Under the pieces are notes generated by a model. That model had not been told where the DNA came from. It searched no databases and saw only the letters and a list, made by a program, of their open reading frames with translations. A stretch of DNA of 64,000 nucleotides from positions 2,407 to 66,406 of IMG/VR virus record IMGVR_UViG_3300028888_000124, one strand, 5' to 3'. Of this stretch, positions 19,473 to 30,000 are shown in pieces; position 1 is the stretch's first letter; each line of letters starts with the position of its first letter. A program made the translations under genes and the position numbers. Source of the stretch: a virus.

Positions 19473-20763
19473 AATAAAACAAGAACTCGAAGAAATCAGA
19501 GATTATTTTCTTCCTATCATGCAGTCCTCCGGTAAGGCAAAAGAACCGTTCATCATCGATTGCGTAAGCCATCGTCTCCCCCATCTTGCGCTGTATTTTC
19601 TTCTGAATCCTTCTTATGTCACGCATGTCGGGCCCAAGTCCTTTGAGAAAAAAAAAGACATCGAGCCGAATAAGTTTTATGAGTCGATCTTTGATATCAT
19701 CGATGACTTAAAATCTGTTCCCGCTGTGAATGACCAAATGATCGCCAATATTCACAATGCGTTCTGGGATCTCGGAGATATTAAACTATTTGCTTATCAG
19801 TTTATCTGCAAAGATATTTCCCTCGGCATCACGGCAAAGACAGTCAATAAAGTGATGGATGTGGAAGTGATTCCTGAATTCCGGTGCATGCTTGCCAATA
19901 AATACTTCGAGCATCCAGAGAAGGTGGAAGGAAAGCATTTCTATTTGACGGAAAAACTGGACGGTATTCGATGCATTGCCAAAGTGACACCCGAAGAAGT
20001 GAAATTATTTTCCCGACAAGGCCAGCCGATTGAAGGTTTATTGGATATCGAAGCCGAGCTGTTGGAAACAGCTTACCGTCTGGATAAATCCTTTGCTGTG
20101 GACGGCGAACTGCTGATAATTGACCGTGACAAGATCCCGTCCAAGGAACAGTATAAACGCACCACCATGATCGTGCGGAAGGATGGCGTGAAGCAGGGCG
20201 TTGCTTATAACGTTTTTGACATCCTGGATCTGGACGCTTTCGAGAACCGCCATTGCGAGATGCCGTATTATCAGCGCCGCCAAAGATTGGAAACCTATTT
20301 CCTTGACAAGACTTATGTAAAGGTTCTTCCTGTTTTGTACCACGGCAAAGATACTTCCAAGATCATGGAGCATTTGAATATCCAGCGCAAACTGGAGCAC
20401 GAAGGTGTTATGATCAATCTGGCGGATGAGTATTATCAGTTCAGCCGCACCAACGCCTTGCTCAAAGTAAAGGTGATGCAGGACTGCGACCTTGAAATCA
20501 CGGGCGTACAGGAAGGACAAGGCAAATTTGCCGGGACGCTTGGCGCATTGATCGTTGATTACAAGGGTACTCCCGTAGGCGTAGGCTCCGGCATCAGCGA
20601 TGAGATTCGCCGTATGATTTGGGCCGACCCTGACCAATACATTGGCCGCGTTGCTACCATTCAATACTTTGAAGAAACTAACGACGCGGATGGAAAACCA
20701 TCCATTCGTTTCCCCGTGTTCAAAGAACTGCGGGAAGAAGGAAAGGAAGTAAGCTATGAGTGA
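19465..20763 (+). CDS. ATP-dependent DNA ligase
   Basis: Motif I EKLDGIR (KxDGxR), motif III DGELL, motif IV EGVMI, motif V LLKVK. Confidence 0.8.
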   Translation: MNKIKQELEEIRDYFLPIMQSSGKAKEPFIIDCVSHRLPHLALYFLLNPSYVTHVGPKSFEKKKDIEPNKFYESIFDIIDDLKSVPAVNDQMIANIHNAFWDLGDIKLFAYQFICKDISLGITAKTVNKVMDVEVIPEFRCMLANKYFEHPEKVEGKHFYLTEKLDGIRCIAKVTPEEVKLFSRQGQPIEGLLDIEAELLETAYRLDKSFAVDGELLIIDRDKIPSKEQYKRTTMIVRKDGVKQGVAYNVFDILDLDAFENRHCEMPYYQRRQRLETYFLDKTYVKVLPVLYHGKDTSKIMEHLNIQRKLEHEGVMINLADEYYQFSRTNALLKVKVMQDCDLEITGVQEGQGKFAGTLGALIVDYKGTPVGVGSGISDEIRRMIWADPDQYIGRVATIQYFEETNDADGKPSIRFPVFKELREEGKEVSYE

Positions 20764-21295
20764 TTCGGAAAAGAAATACTACATTGATGGGCCGGTAACC
20801 ATCGAGCTCATAAAGTCTACACCCCAGAAAGCGTTTTCCAATCCATATTACACCGTCGAGCCTATCATGAAACGTGTTACGAGGGCTGAGTTTGAAGCGT
20901 GGATTAAAGCGTATCCTCGTGACCTTGATGTTGATGTATATGGCGCGTGTGATCCACCCGCAGTTTCATATAACGACTTTTCTCTGGCGGATCGTTGGCC
21001 TCACAGCATTGTTGCAAGAACGTATGCCTACGATGAAAAGCCGGGAAGCTATTATTATTTCCCCGAAGAACAGCGCCATTATTACGTGATGGTGAACTAC
21101 GAAGAAGTATTCGCCAGCAAGACAGGATATATGGCTGATCATTCGGGAGGCGATCCATTTATTGTTGGAACGTTGACAATCAGTGTTCCGAGCAATGAGA
21201 AAGGCGAGATTGTTGCAGAGTTTCATGATGTGAAGACTTGTACATTTGACGTGTTTGCGAATTCGCAGGCTGATGGAGGTGAACGAGATGCCTGA
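20756..21295 (+). CDS. hypothetical protein (179 aa)
   Basis: ORF track. Confidence 0.45.
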   Translation: MSDSEKKYYIDGPVTIELIKSTPQKAFSNPYYTVEPIMKRVTRAEFEAWIKAYPRDLDVDVYGACDPPAVSYNDFSLADRWPHSIVARTYAYDEKPGSYYYFPEEQRHYYVMVNYEEVFASKTGYMADHSGGDPFIVGTLTISVPSNEKGEIVAEFHDVKTCTFDVFANSQADGGERDA

Positions 21296-22067
21296 TTCTC
21301 TCGGCGACCGTATGAAGGGCTACGAAAATGTATCCCGTATTTATTTGCCGCGCCGCCTGCCCGTTATCATCCGGGTGGACGGCAGGGCATTTCATACTTT
21401 TACAAAGGGCTTTCAAAGGCCGTTTGATGAGGTGCTTGCCCAAGCAATGCGTGAAACCGCAATCGCGCTGTGCAAGGAAATCAGCGGCGCGAAGCTGGCG
21501 TACACGCAAAGCGATGAGATTTCTATTCTGGTAACCAATAACGACACGTTAGAAACTCAGCCTTGGTTTAATAATAACTTACAAAAATTAGTTTCTTTAT
21601 CTGCGTCTACTGCGACATTGGCTTTTGACAAGGCGTTTTATTGGGCCACAGTAACGTATAAGGGTGACGGACAAATGTTTCAAGTTTATGCAAAGGCATC
21701 CAAAACCGCCACATTTGATTCCCGTGCATTTGTTTTGCCTCCAGACGAAGTTACCAATTATTTTATCTGGCGGCAGCAGGACGCTGTCCGTAATTCTATC
21801 CAGATGGTTGCACAAAGCCTATATTCTCACAAGGAACTGCAAAACAAAAACTGCGATGACCTTCAGGAAATGATATTCCAAAAAGGCATCAACTGGAATC
21901 ATTATGAGCCCTGGAAAAAGCGTGGCATTTGTGTAAGAAAAAACGATATGGCGCTCATTGCGGGTGGTAAAGAAATATTACGTGGCACTTGGGAGCCGGA
22001 TTTCAACACACCTGTTTTTACCCAGGATCGTAACTATATCAACAACTTACTTCCAAAAGGAGATTAA
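21288..22067 (+). CDS. Thg1-like protein (tRNA-His guanylyltransferase family, 3-prime to 5-prime polymerase)
   Basis: IIRVDGRAFHTF and SDEIS motifs; ATG after GGAGGTGAACGAG, in the frame of track ORF 21246..22067. Confidence 0.7.
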   Translation: MPDSLGDRMKGYENVSRIYLPRRLPVIIRVDGRAFHTFTKGFQRPFDEVLAQAMRETAIALCKEISGAKLAYTQSDEISILVTNNDTLETQPWFNNNLQKLVSLSASTATLAFDKAFYWATVTYKGDGQMFQVYAKASKTATFDSRAFVLPPDEVTNYFIWRQQDAVRNSIQMVAQSLYSHKELQNKNCDDLQEMIFQKGINWNHYEPWKKRGICVRKNDMALIAGGKEILRGTWEPDFNTPVFTQDRNYINNLLPKGD

Positions 22068-22070
22068 CGA

Positions 22071-23090
22071 ATGACGCTTGATGAAATCAAAACTTAGGTC
22101 GCTTCACCGACCTACGACTTCCTGCGTACCGATCCCCATTTGCAGGGCCGCATGGCGATGCTGTGTCTTGGCGGTTCTCATGCCTATGGCACGAATACCG
22201 AAACGAGTGATCTGGATCTTCGGGGCTGCGCCTTGAACCGTCCTGAAGAACTGCTTGGCCTTTCCCATTTTGAACAAGTTCGCAACGACGAGCTGGACGT
22301 ATGTATCTATTCCTTCAATAAAATGGTGCCGCTCCTGTATGGCTGCAACCCTAACATCATTGAGATCCTGGGCTGTAAACCGGAGCACTATTTGTTCCTG
22401 TCGGATGTTGGGAAAGAGTTGATCAGCAACCGTCATATGTTCCTGTCTCAGCGGGCATCGTATACGTTTGGGGGCTATGCCTTTTCCCAGCTTCGCCGCC
22501 TGGAGAACGCTATTGCGCGGGACAAACTGCCGCAAGCGCAAAAGGAAGGCCACATCTGCAACAGTATCGAAAAGGTGATCCGTAACTTCAACACGGAAAG
22601 CCGCGCCAAACCCGTTTCCTATATGCTTTTCCTGGCCGATGCCGTACACGATGATCTTGAAAAGGAAACGTTCATCACCACCACATTGGATATGTATCCT
22701 GTTCGTGATCTCAAGGCTTTTGTGAATGACATCAACAATGTGATTAGGGATTATGAAAACGATTTGCACGGGCGCAACAAAAAGAAGGATGACCTCCATC
22801 TGAACAAGCACGCCATGCACCTTGTCCGATTGTATCTGATGGCGATTGATATCCTGGAAAAGGAAGAGATCATCACGTACCGCGAAGCTGACCACGATCT
22901 GCTGATGGATATCCGGCATGGGAAATATCAGCTTGAAGACGGCACGTTCGATTCTGCTTTCTTCGATATGGTCAACGACTTATCCAAGAAAATGGATTAC
23001 GCAAAGGCCAATACCTCCCTTCCCCGTTCGCCCGATATGAGACGCATTGAGGAATTTATGATTGAGGTCAATAAAAAATCAATTGTTTAA
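22071..23090 (+). CDS. nucleotidyltransferase (Pol-beta-like NTase fold, GS..DLDL); in-frame TAG at 22095
   Basis: RBS AAAAGGAG then ATG at 22071, in frame with track ORF 22140; GGSHAYGTNTETSDLDL motif. Confidence 0.65.
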
Positions 23091-23101
23091 GGAGAGCTTG
23101 A

Positions 23102-23941
23102 ATGAACTATACAGGCTATAAAACTGTTCGGTAGGACGATTCTTTGATTCCGACCCTCTACACAGAGAAGGATAAAAACTGGTTTGACTTATTGGAAAAT
23201 CAATATCTTTTGATTGTGGATGAAAATGGTGCGCCGGTTGACCGCTATAAGTGGCAGGATGGAAAGCATAAGGCGGTATATAAAAAGCCCGTTGAATCCA
23301 TGGCGATGGACAAGGTGAAGCCAAAAAACCCGGAGCAGGCATTTGCCCTGGATATGTTGCTTGATCCAACGATCACCGTGAAGGTTATGACTGGATCATT
23401 TGGTTCTGGCAAAACTATGCTGGCCTGCTGCGCCGCTTTCCAAATGATGCAGGCAACGCTGTATGATAAAATCGTTTGGATCAGAAACAACATCGAGGTA
23501 AAGGACACCAACTCCATCGGCGCTTTGCCCGGAACATATGCCGATAAAATGTCGGTTTGGGCCATGCCCCTGGCGGATCACCTGGGCGGCGTAGAGGAAC
23601 TGAACAAACAAATCATGTTCGGCAAGGTCGAGGTGGAGCACCTGGGTTTTCTTCGCGGACGCGATATCAAGAACAGCATTATCATTTGTTCGGAAGCCGA
23701 GCATTTGACCCGCGAGCATGTGCAGCTTCTGCTTGGCCGTGTGGCGGAAGGGTCTGTGCTGATTCTTGAGGGAGACTGGAAGCAGATCGATAAAAAGGCA
23801 TTTGAAAAGGACAACGGCCTGCACGCCGCCATTGACTGCCTGACGGGAAACCGCCTTTTTGGTTATGTTCATTTGAATGAATCCGTTCGCAGCGAGACCG
23901 CGAAGCTGGCTGACTTGCTGGATAAAAAAGAAGGAGATTAA
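23102..23941 (+). CDS. phoH: PhoH-like ATPase; in-frame TAG at 23132
   Basis: Walker A GSFGSGKT and ICSEAEHLT; RBS AAGGAG then ATG at 23102, in frame with track ORF 23144. Confidence 0.8.
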
Positions 23942-23945
23942 ACGA

Positions 23946-24560
23946 ATGTATATTGAAACGCCAAATCTGATTATTGATACACCGGAAAACAAACTCGCCC
24001 AGCCTGATGAAATCAGTTATTACGAATAGGAAAAGAAGCGAAAGCTGTTTCTGGATTATGATGTGAACGCGGATGTGATGGCCATTGTGCGGATGATTCT
24101 GCGCTGGAATATGGAAGACGCCGGAACCCCCCCCGAATCCCGCAAACCCATCTGGCTCTACATTGAATCCATTGGCGGCAACGCGATTTATATGTGGACT
24201 TTGATCGACGCGATCTTCGCCTCCGTTACGCCTGTGTATACTGTGAATATGGGGTTGGCTGCGTCCGCTGCTGGGCTCATCTTTATGGCGGGTTCCAAAC
24301 GATTCATGATGCCGCGTGCCAAGGTGATGATTCATGAAGGCTCCGCTTCCTTTGAAGGCGACGCGGGCAAGGTGCTGGATTTTTCCGATGCCTACAAAAA
24401 AGATTTGAAAGCAACCCGCGATTTTATCCTGGATCATACTTCCATTCCCAAGGCACAGCTCACCAAAAAACGAAGCAACGATTGGGAATTGGATTCTGCG
24501 CTTTGTTTGCAGTATCATGTGTGCGATCAGATCGTGCAAAGCCTGGAAGATATTCTATAA
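23946..24560 (+). CDS. ClpP-like serine protease subunit; in-frame TAG at 24027
   Basis: IESIGGNAIY..MGLAASAAG..MIHEGS is ClpP-like; RBS AAGGAG then ATG at 23946, in frame with track ORF 24063. Confidence 0.7.
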
Positions 24561-24570
24561 AAATTCTTGG

Positions 24571-24597
24571 CCCGGTGAAATCCGGGTCTTTTTTTGT
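24571..24597 (+). terminator. Rho-independent terminator (cccgg-tgaaat-ccggg plus T-run), merging into the TTTGTTTCCATTAT motif at 24593..24606
   Basis: Read directly from the sequence. Confidence 0.55.
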
Positions 24598-24650
24598 TTC
24601 CATTATAAGCGGATATCAATTTTTCAAATAACGATAAAGGAGCTTGAACG

Positions 24651-25091
24651 ATGATTTACCGTGAAGAAAAGATGAATCTGTTTTCTGTTCCCCAGGGTTA
24701 TATGCTGGCTCACTGCATCAGCGGTGACTTTGCTTTGGGCGCTGGCGTTGCCAAAGAAATGGACAGGGTATTCAATATGAAGGAGATGCTGAATCTTCTG
24801 TGGGGACCCATCAGCCCGATGAAGGATAAGTGGTCCGCCCCCTGCTGTCTCCCCTGTGCCAACGTGTTTAACCTGGTAACCAAAGAAAAATACTGGCATA
24901 AGCCTACGCTGGCCTCCCTTCGCACTGCGCTGGAAGAAATGTGTTCCCTCGCTGTGGAAATGGGCGTCACCAAAATTGCCATGCCCAAGATCGGCTGCGG
25001 CCTGGATCGCCTGGACTGGGAAAAAGTAAGCCCTATGATCCAGGAGATTTTCGCTGATACGGATATCGAAATTCTGGTGTGCGTATTATGA
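24651..25091 (+). CDS. macrodomain protein (ADP-ribose binding / processing)
   Basis: 146 aa with a macro-domain-like pattern (NLFSVPQGYMLAHCISGDFALGAGVA ... GVTKIAMPKIGCGLDRLDW). Confidence 0.6.
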   Translation: MIYREEKMNLFSVPQGYMLAHCISGDFALGAGVAKEMDRVFNMKEMLNLLWGPISPMKDKWSAPCCLPCANVFNLVTKEKYWHKPTLASLRTALEEMCSLAVEMGVTKIAMPKIGCGLDRLDWEKVSPMIQEIFADTDIEILVCVL

Positions 25092-25321
25092 GTGAAGACA
25101 AGTATGAAGGTTTGACCGTTGATTTCATTGACCGCCCGCTGCCTGAATCGCATCCCGATTTCGTGATGAGGATTAGCTGGTCCTGTCCGGGGCTTGGGTT
25201 TGGCACAGTGGATTTTATCTGGAGAGGCAACGATCTTCACGCTGATACGGAACATATGAGTAAAGCTTTCTTGGAGCGTCTGATGGCATTGGTGCTGCAG
25301 CGTGTGGTCATTGATGGTTGA
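25088..25321 (+). CDS. small hypothetical protein
   Basis: ORF track frame 25079..25321. Confidence 0.35.
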   Translation: MSEDKYEGLTVDFIDRPLPESHPDFVMRISWSCPGLGFGTVDFIWRGNDLHADTEHMSKAFLERLMALVLQRVVIDG

Positions 25322-25333
25322 GAGGAATACAAC

Positions 25334-26548
25334 ATGAAAGAACAAAGCGTTGTTTATCTGGTGAAGGTCGAGCCAGGAGCCAATAATAACAAATACTGGA
25401 AAGCAATGGCTCAAGGCGATCATTTCAACGTTGAGTATGGAAGGGTCGGCGGAACACCGCAGAAGTATTCCTATCCTATTTCCCAATGGAATAAAAAGTA
25501 CAACGAGAAGATAAAAAAAGGTTACGTTGACCGAACGGAATTGGTAGAGGATCTGATTGAAAAAGAAAAGCCCGCTACGCCGGATGGCTATCGTGCTATT
25601 GAAAACAAGGTGATCGCGGATATCGTGTCACGCTTGCAGGCCATGGCAAAGAAAGCGGTCAGCGAAAACTACACCATATCCTCCAGCAAGGTCACCATGG
25701 CAATGGTGTCTGCCGCTCAGGATCAATTAGCAAAGATGGCGGGCATGGCCGCCGCTTCCGTGGAAGAATTCAACCGCGCCTTGATTGAGCTGTTCGGTAT
25801 CATTCCCCGCAAGATGGGCCATGTATCATCCTATATTGCCACCAGCCAAAAGGAGTTTGGCCGTATTCTTGAACGCGAACAGGATCTGCTGGATGTGATG
25901 CGCGGTCAGGTGTATGTGCCGTCCAAGGAAAGCGAAATTGCCCCTCCTCCAAACGGTGAAGCCCACACGATCCTGGAAGAAAAGGGCCTTGTGTTTGAAG
26001 AAGTAACGGACGATGATATCGCCGTGATCAAATCCGCGCTTGGATCCTGTGCCGATAAATTCTGCCGCGCATGGCGAGTTACCAACCTGGCCACACAAAA
26101 ACGCTTTGATGAATATGTGCAGGGCGGCGTGAAGACAAAGCTTCTCTGGCACGGCTCCCGGAATGAAAACTGGTGGAGCATTGTGGGCAGCGGGCTGGTG
26201 TTGCGTCCCACCAATGCGGTCATCACCGGCAAGATGTTTGGCTATGGTATTTACTTTGCCACGAAAGCGCGAAAGTCTCTTGGGTACACCTCTCTTTCCG
26301 GCTCCTATTGGGCGCATGGTTCTTCCCCATCCGCGTTCATGGGGCTGTATGAAGTTGCCTACGGCAAGCCTTACGATGTGCATTCCTTTGATTCCAAATA
26401 TTATTCCCTGAATTATGAAGGGCTGCAGAAGATGTGTCCTGGGGCGAACTGCCTGCACGCGCACGAGGGCCAGATGCTTCGCAATGATGAAATCATTGTG
26501 TATCAGGAATGCCAAACGACAATCAAATATCTGGTGGAGCTCAAATAA
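25334..26548 (+). CDS. WGR-domain plus PARP catalytic-domain protein (H-Y-E triad present)
   Basis: N-terminal WGR-like YLVKVEPGANNNKYWKAMAQG..YGRVG; catalytic LLWHGSRNENWWSIVGSGL, GYGIYFATKA and NDEIIVYQ. Confidence 0.75.
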   Translation: MKEQSVVYLVKVEPGANNNKYWKAMAQGDHFNVEYGRVGGTPQKYSYPISQWNKKYNEKIKKGYVDRTELVEDLIEKEKPATPDGYRAIENKVIADIVSRLQAMAKKAVSENYTISSSKVTMAMVSAAQDQLAKMAGMAAASVEEFNRALIELFGIIPRKMGHVSSYIATSQKEFGRILEREQDLLDVMRGQVYVPSKESEIAPPPNGEAHTILEEKGLVFEEVTDDDIAVIKSALGSCADKFCRAWRVTNLATQKRFDEYVQGGVKTKLLWHGSRNENWWSIVGSGLVLRPTNAVITGKMFGYGIYFATKARKSLGYTSLSGSYWAHGSSPSAFMGLYEVAYGKPYDVHSFDSKYYSLNYEGLQKMCPGANCLHAHEGQMLRNDEIIVYQECQTTIKYLVELK

Positions 26549-26554
26549 TAAAAA

Positions 26555-26575
26555 GCCCGCGTTTTGCGGGCTTCA
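26555..26575. terminator. bidirectional hairpin agcccgc-gttt-tgcgggct
   Basis: Inverted repeat between convergent genes. Confidence 0.5.
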
Positions 26576-26577
26576 TT

Positions 26578-26952
26578 TTATGGATTCTGGCAAATATTTT
26601 TTATTTCCTCAACATCGCGTTTGATGTCGTAAGAAAGCTCGTTGGCTCTCATGAGGAGGCTGGCTTTGCCGTATGAAAAAGCCGAAAGAAACAGCAGCAG
26701 CATTCCTCCTGCAAAAACGATTGCTTTCATAGCAAGAACACCTGCGAGATATCCTGCTTTCAAACTTGCCTCTACCTGATAATTATATGCATCCCCTCCT
26801 ACATATGCTGCGCCCCTGTTTTTCATCCAATCATAGTCGTAGGCGTCGATACCGCTGTCTACACGCACGTATTTTTCCGGTACAGGATAAAGGATTCCAA
26901 ACCCAATCATTACCAACGCAACAATGATTCCCAGGACGGCCATGCCTTTCAT
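26578..26952 (-). CDS. small membrane protein (two TM segments)
   Basis: ATG after GAGGTGATACGA on the minus strand; same frame as track ORF 26578..27198. Confidence 0.5.
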   Translation of the reverse strand: MKGMAVLGIIVALVMIGFGILYPVPEKYVRVDSGIDAYDYDWMKNRGAAYVGGDAYNYQVEASLKAGYLAGVLAMKAIVFAGGMLLLFLSAFSYGKASLLMRANELSYDIKRDVEEIKNICQNP

Positions 26953-27066
26953 TCGTATCACCTCGTCATTTTTTATATCTTTTCTTTCGTCACTTTTTTC
27001 AATAATCCTGCCTTTGAAAACAATTATTGTTTTTGTTCCCATTTCTTTTAGAAAGGAAGTGGTTTT

Positions 27067-30000
27067 ATCTCTTATGTAAATTATCACCGCCATTCCCACT
27101 ATTCCAACATCATGCTGACTGATTCTGTTGCTACCAACGAGGACTATTGCAAGCGTGCAGTAGAGTTGGGCCACACCATTGTTTCCTCCTGCGAGCATGG
27201 AACACCCGGCGCGTACAGAGAAGTGTACGACCTTGCCAAGAAATACGGTTTACGCTGGCGGTATGTTGCCGAGGCTTATTTTGTGAAAGACCGCCTGACT
27301 GAGGATGAGAATGGCCGTCGTGACCGCAAGAATTGCCATTTGATTCTGGCAGCGAAAACCGCAAAGGGTATCGGTGATTTGAACGAAGTCCTCAGCGAGG
27401 CCAATATCTCCGGCTATTATTTCCGTCCCCGTGTGGATATGGAATTGCTGCTGCGCCTGGACCCCAGGGACGTATTTGTTACTACGGCCTGCATCGGCGG
27501 TATCTGGGTATATGGCTATAACAGCGACAAAGAAACGGGCGAATGGTCCTATGACTTTACCGAGCCCGACGCGCTTGTCCGTCAGCTTCACGCCCACTTT
27601 GGCGATAGCTTCATGCTCGAAGTCCAGTCTCACAATGTTGAAAAACAGAAAGCGGTCAACGCCCATATCCTTGATCTTTACCGCAAAGAAGGCATCAAGA
27701 TCATCGCGGGCATGGACAGCCATTTCATTTACCCGGAGGACAAAGCGCTGCGGGATATGCGGCTTGAAGCCAATGGTCTGCATTACGAGGATGAAGAAGG
27801 ATGGGCATTGGATTATCCTTCCGATGAAGAAGCTTACCTCCGCTTTGAGGAACAGGGCGTCTTGTCTCCCGCGCAGATTCAGGAAGCGATGGAGAACACA
27901 AACATCTTCCTTGACTTTGAGGACGTTGAATTTGACAAAGGCAAAAAGCTGCCGACCATTTATCCCGATCTGACCCAAGAAGAACGGAATGAAAAATACC
28001 GTCAGCTCGTGCTGTCCAAGTGGGATGAATACAAGAAGACAGTTCCGCAGGAAAGGTGGCCGGAGTACGAAGCTGGAATCAAATATGAAATGGACACCAT
28101 CACCTCCACGAACACCAGCGACTATTTCCTCCTGGATTACGAGTGGATTCGCAAAGCCAAAGAAATGGGCGGGCAATTGACAAAAACCGGAAGAGGTTCG
28201 GCTCCGTCCTATTTCACCAACACACTGCTTGGCTTCTCTTCCATTGACCGCTTTGCCTTGCCCATCACCATGTATCCTGACCGTTTCATTTCCGCTGACC
28301 GCCTAAAGGCAGGGTCGTTGCCAGATATAGATATGAACGTTTCCGATCAGGCTTTGTTTGGCGAAGCGATGACCGAAGTCATGGGGGAATGGCATTGCGC
28401 TCCCATGGTTGCTTATGGCACCTTGAAGAGACTGGCTGCGTGGAAGATGTATTGCCGCGCTGCCAACGTGCCATTTGATGTAGCCAATGAACTTTCGGAT
28501 AAGCTGAAAGCTTATGAACTGGATTATAAACATGCCGATGAAGATGAAAAGGATGAGATCAACGTCGAGGATTATGTGCCGGAAAAGTACCGCGAGTATT
28601 TGAAGGCTTCTGAAAAATACCTTGGGATGGTTGATTCCATTTCTCCTCACCCTTGTGCTTATCTGATTTGCAATCAGGATATTCGGCGCGAGGTTGGTAT
28701 CTTTCGCATCAACTCCAAGACGAGCAAAAAGAAGGTTGTCTATGCCGCGTTTATTGACGGCGCTACTGCCGATGCGTATGGCTATCTAAAGAACGACGAT
28801 CTCCAGGTCACGGTTGTGAAGCTGAACGATGAAATCTATAAGCGCATTGGGATTCCCCAACCTTCCGTGCCTGAGCTTTTGAAGATGACGGATGGGGATC
28901 AGCAGACGTGGGATATGTACGCGCAAGGATGGACGCTGGGCTTGAACCAGGCCGAGAAAGAAAAGTCCACCGAAAAAGTGATGCGCTATAAGCCCAAGAA
29001 TATTTCTGAACTTTCTGCTTTTGTGGCTGGTATCCGTCCCGCTTTTCAAAGCATGCTTCCCAAGCTGCTGAATCGTGGAAGCTTTTCCTATGATATTCCG
29101 GCTTTGGATAAACTGCTTCAAACCAAAGAACTCCCTCAATCATTTATTCTATACCAGGAGCAGATGATGAAGGTTCTCCAGTGGGGTGGATTCTCAGCTC
29201 CTGAGTCCTATGCGGCCATTAAAGCCATTGCAAAAAAACATCCTGAAAAAGTTCTTCCGCTGAAAGAAAGATTCATGGAGGGTTTTGCAAAGCGTCTGAT
29301 CGAAGAAGAAAATACGGAAGCAAGCGTTGCCAAAGAAACGACGGATAAAGTTTGGACGATCATTGCAGATGCTTGCGGCTATGGGTTCAATAGCAGCCAC
29401 TCCACCGCAGTTGCTCTGGACTCCCTCTATACTGCCTGGGCAAAGGCACACCACCCTTATGAGACTTACGTGTCGCTCCTTTCCCTTTACGCAGAGAAAA
29501 AAGATAAGGACCGCATCGCCAAAGCCAAGGTGGAAATGAAGAAAGCCTTTGGCATCAGTATCGCCCCCTGCCGCTTCCGTCAGGATAACCGCAGCTACTT
29601 TGTGGATAAAGACGCGCACACCATATCTGACGCGCTCACATCCGTCAAAGGCATTTCATTTGCCGTGGCCGGGAAGCTGTACCAGATGCGGAACAACCAA
29701 TACGATTCCGCCGTGGATCTGTTCTATGATCTTGAGGTGAACACCTCCATCAATTCCGCTGTGGTAAAAACTCTGATCCAGATGGGTTACTTTGAAGAGT
29801 TCGGCAAGGCCGGAAAGCTGCTCAAGCTCTATCAGGAATTCCGTGAAGGCGAAAGTAAGTTTTCCAAGACTCATGTGAAAACTACACAGGAAAAGCGGCT
29901 GGATACACTTCGGCAAATTGAAAAGAAATTGCCGGATGAAGATATTCCCATGCAGGATCAAATGGCGTTTGAGGTAGAGTTTTACGGTACACCACTGTCC

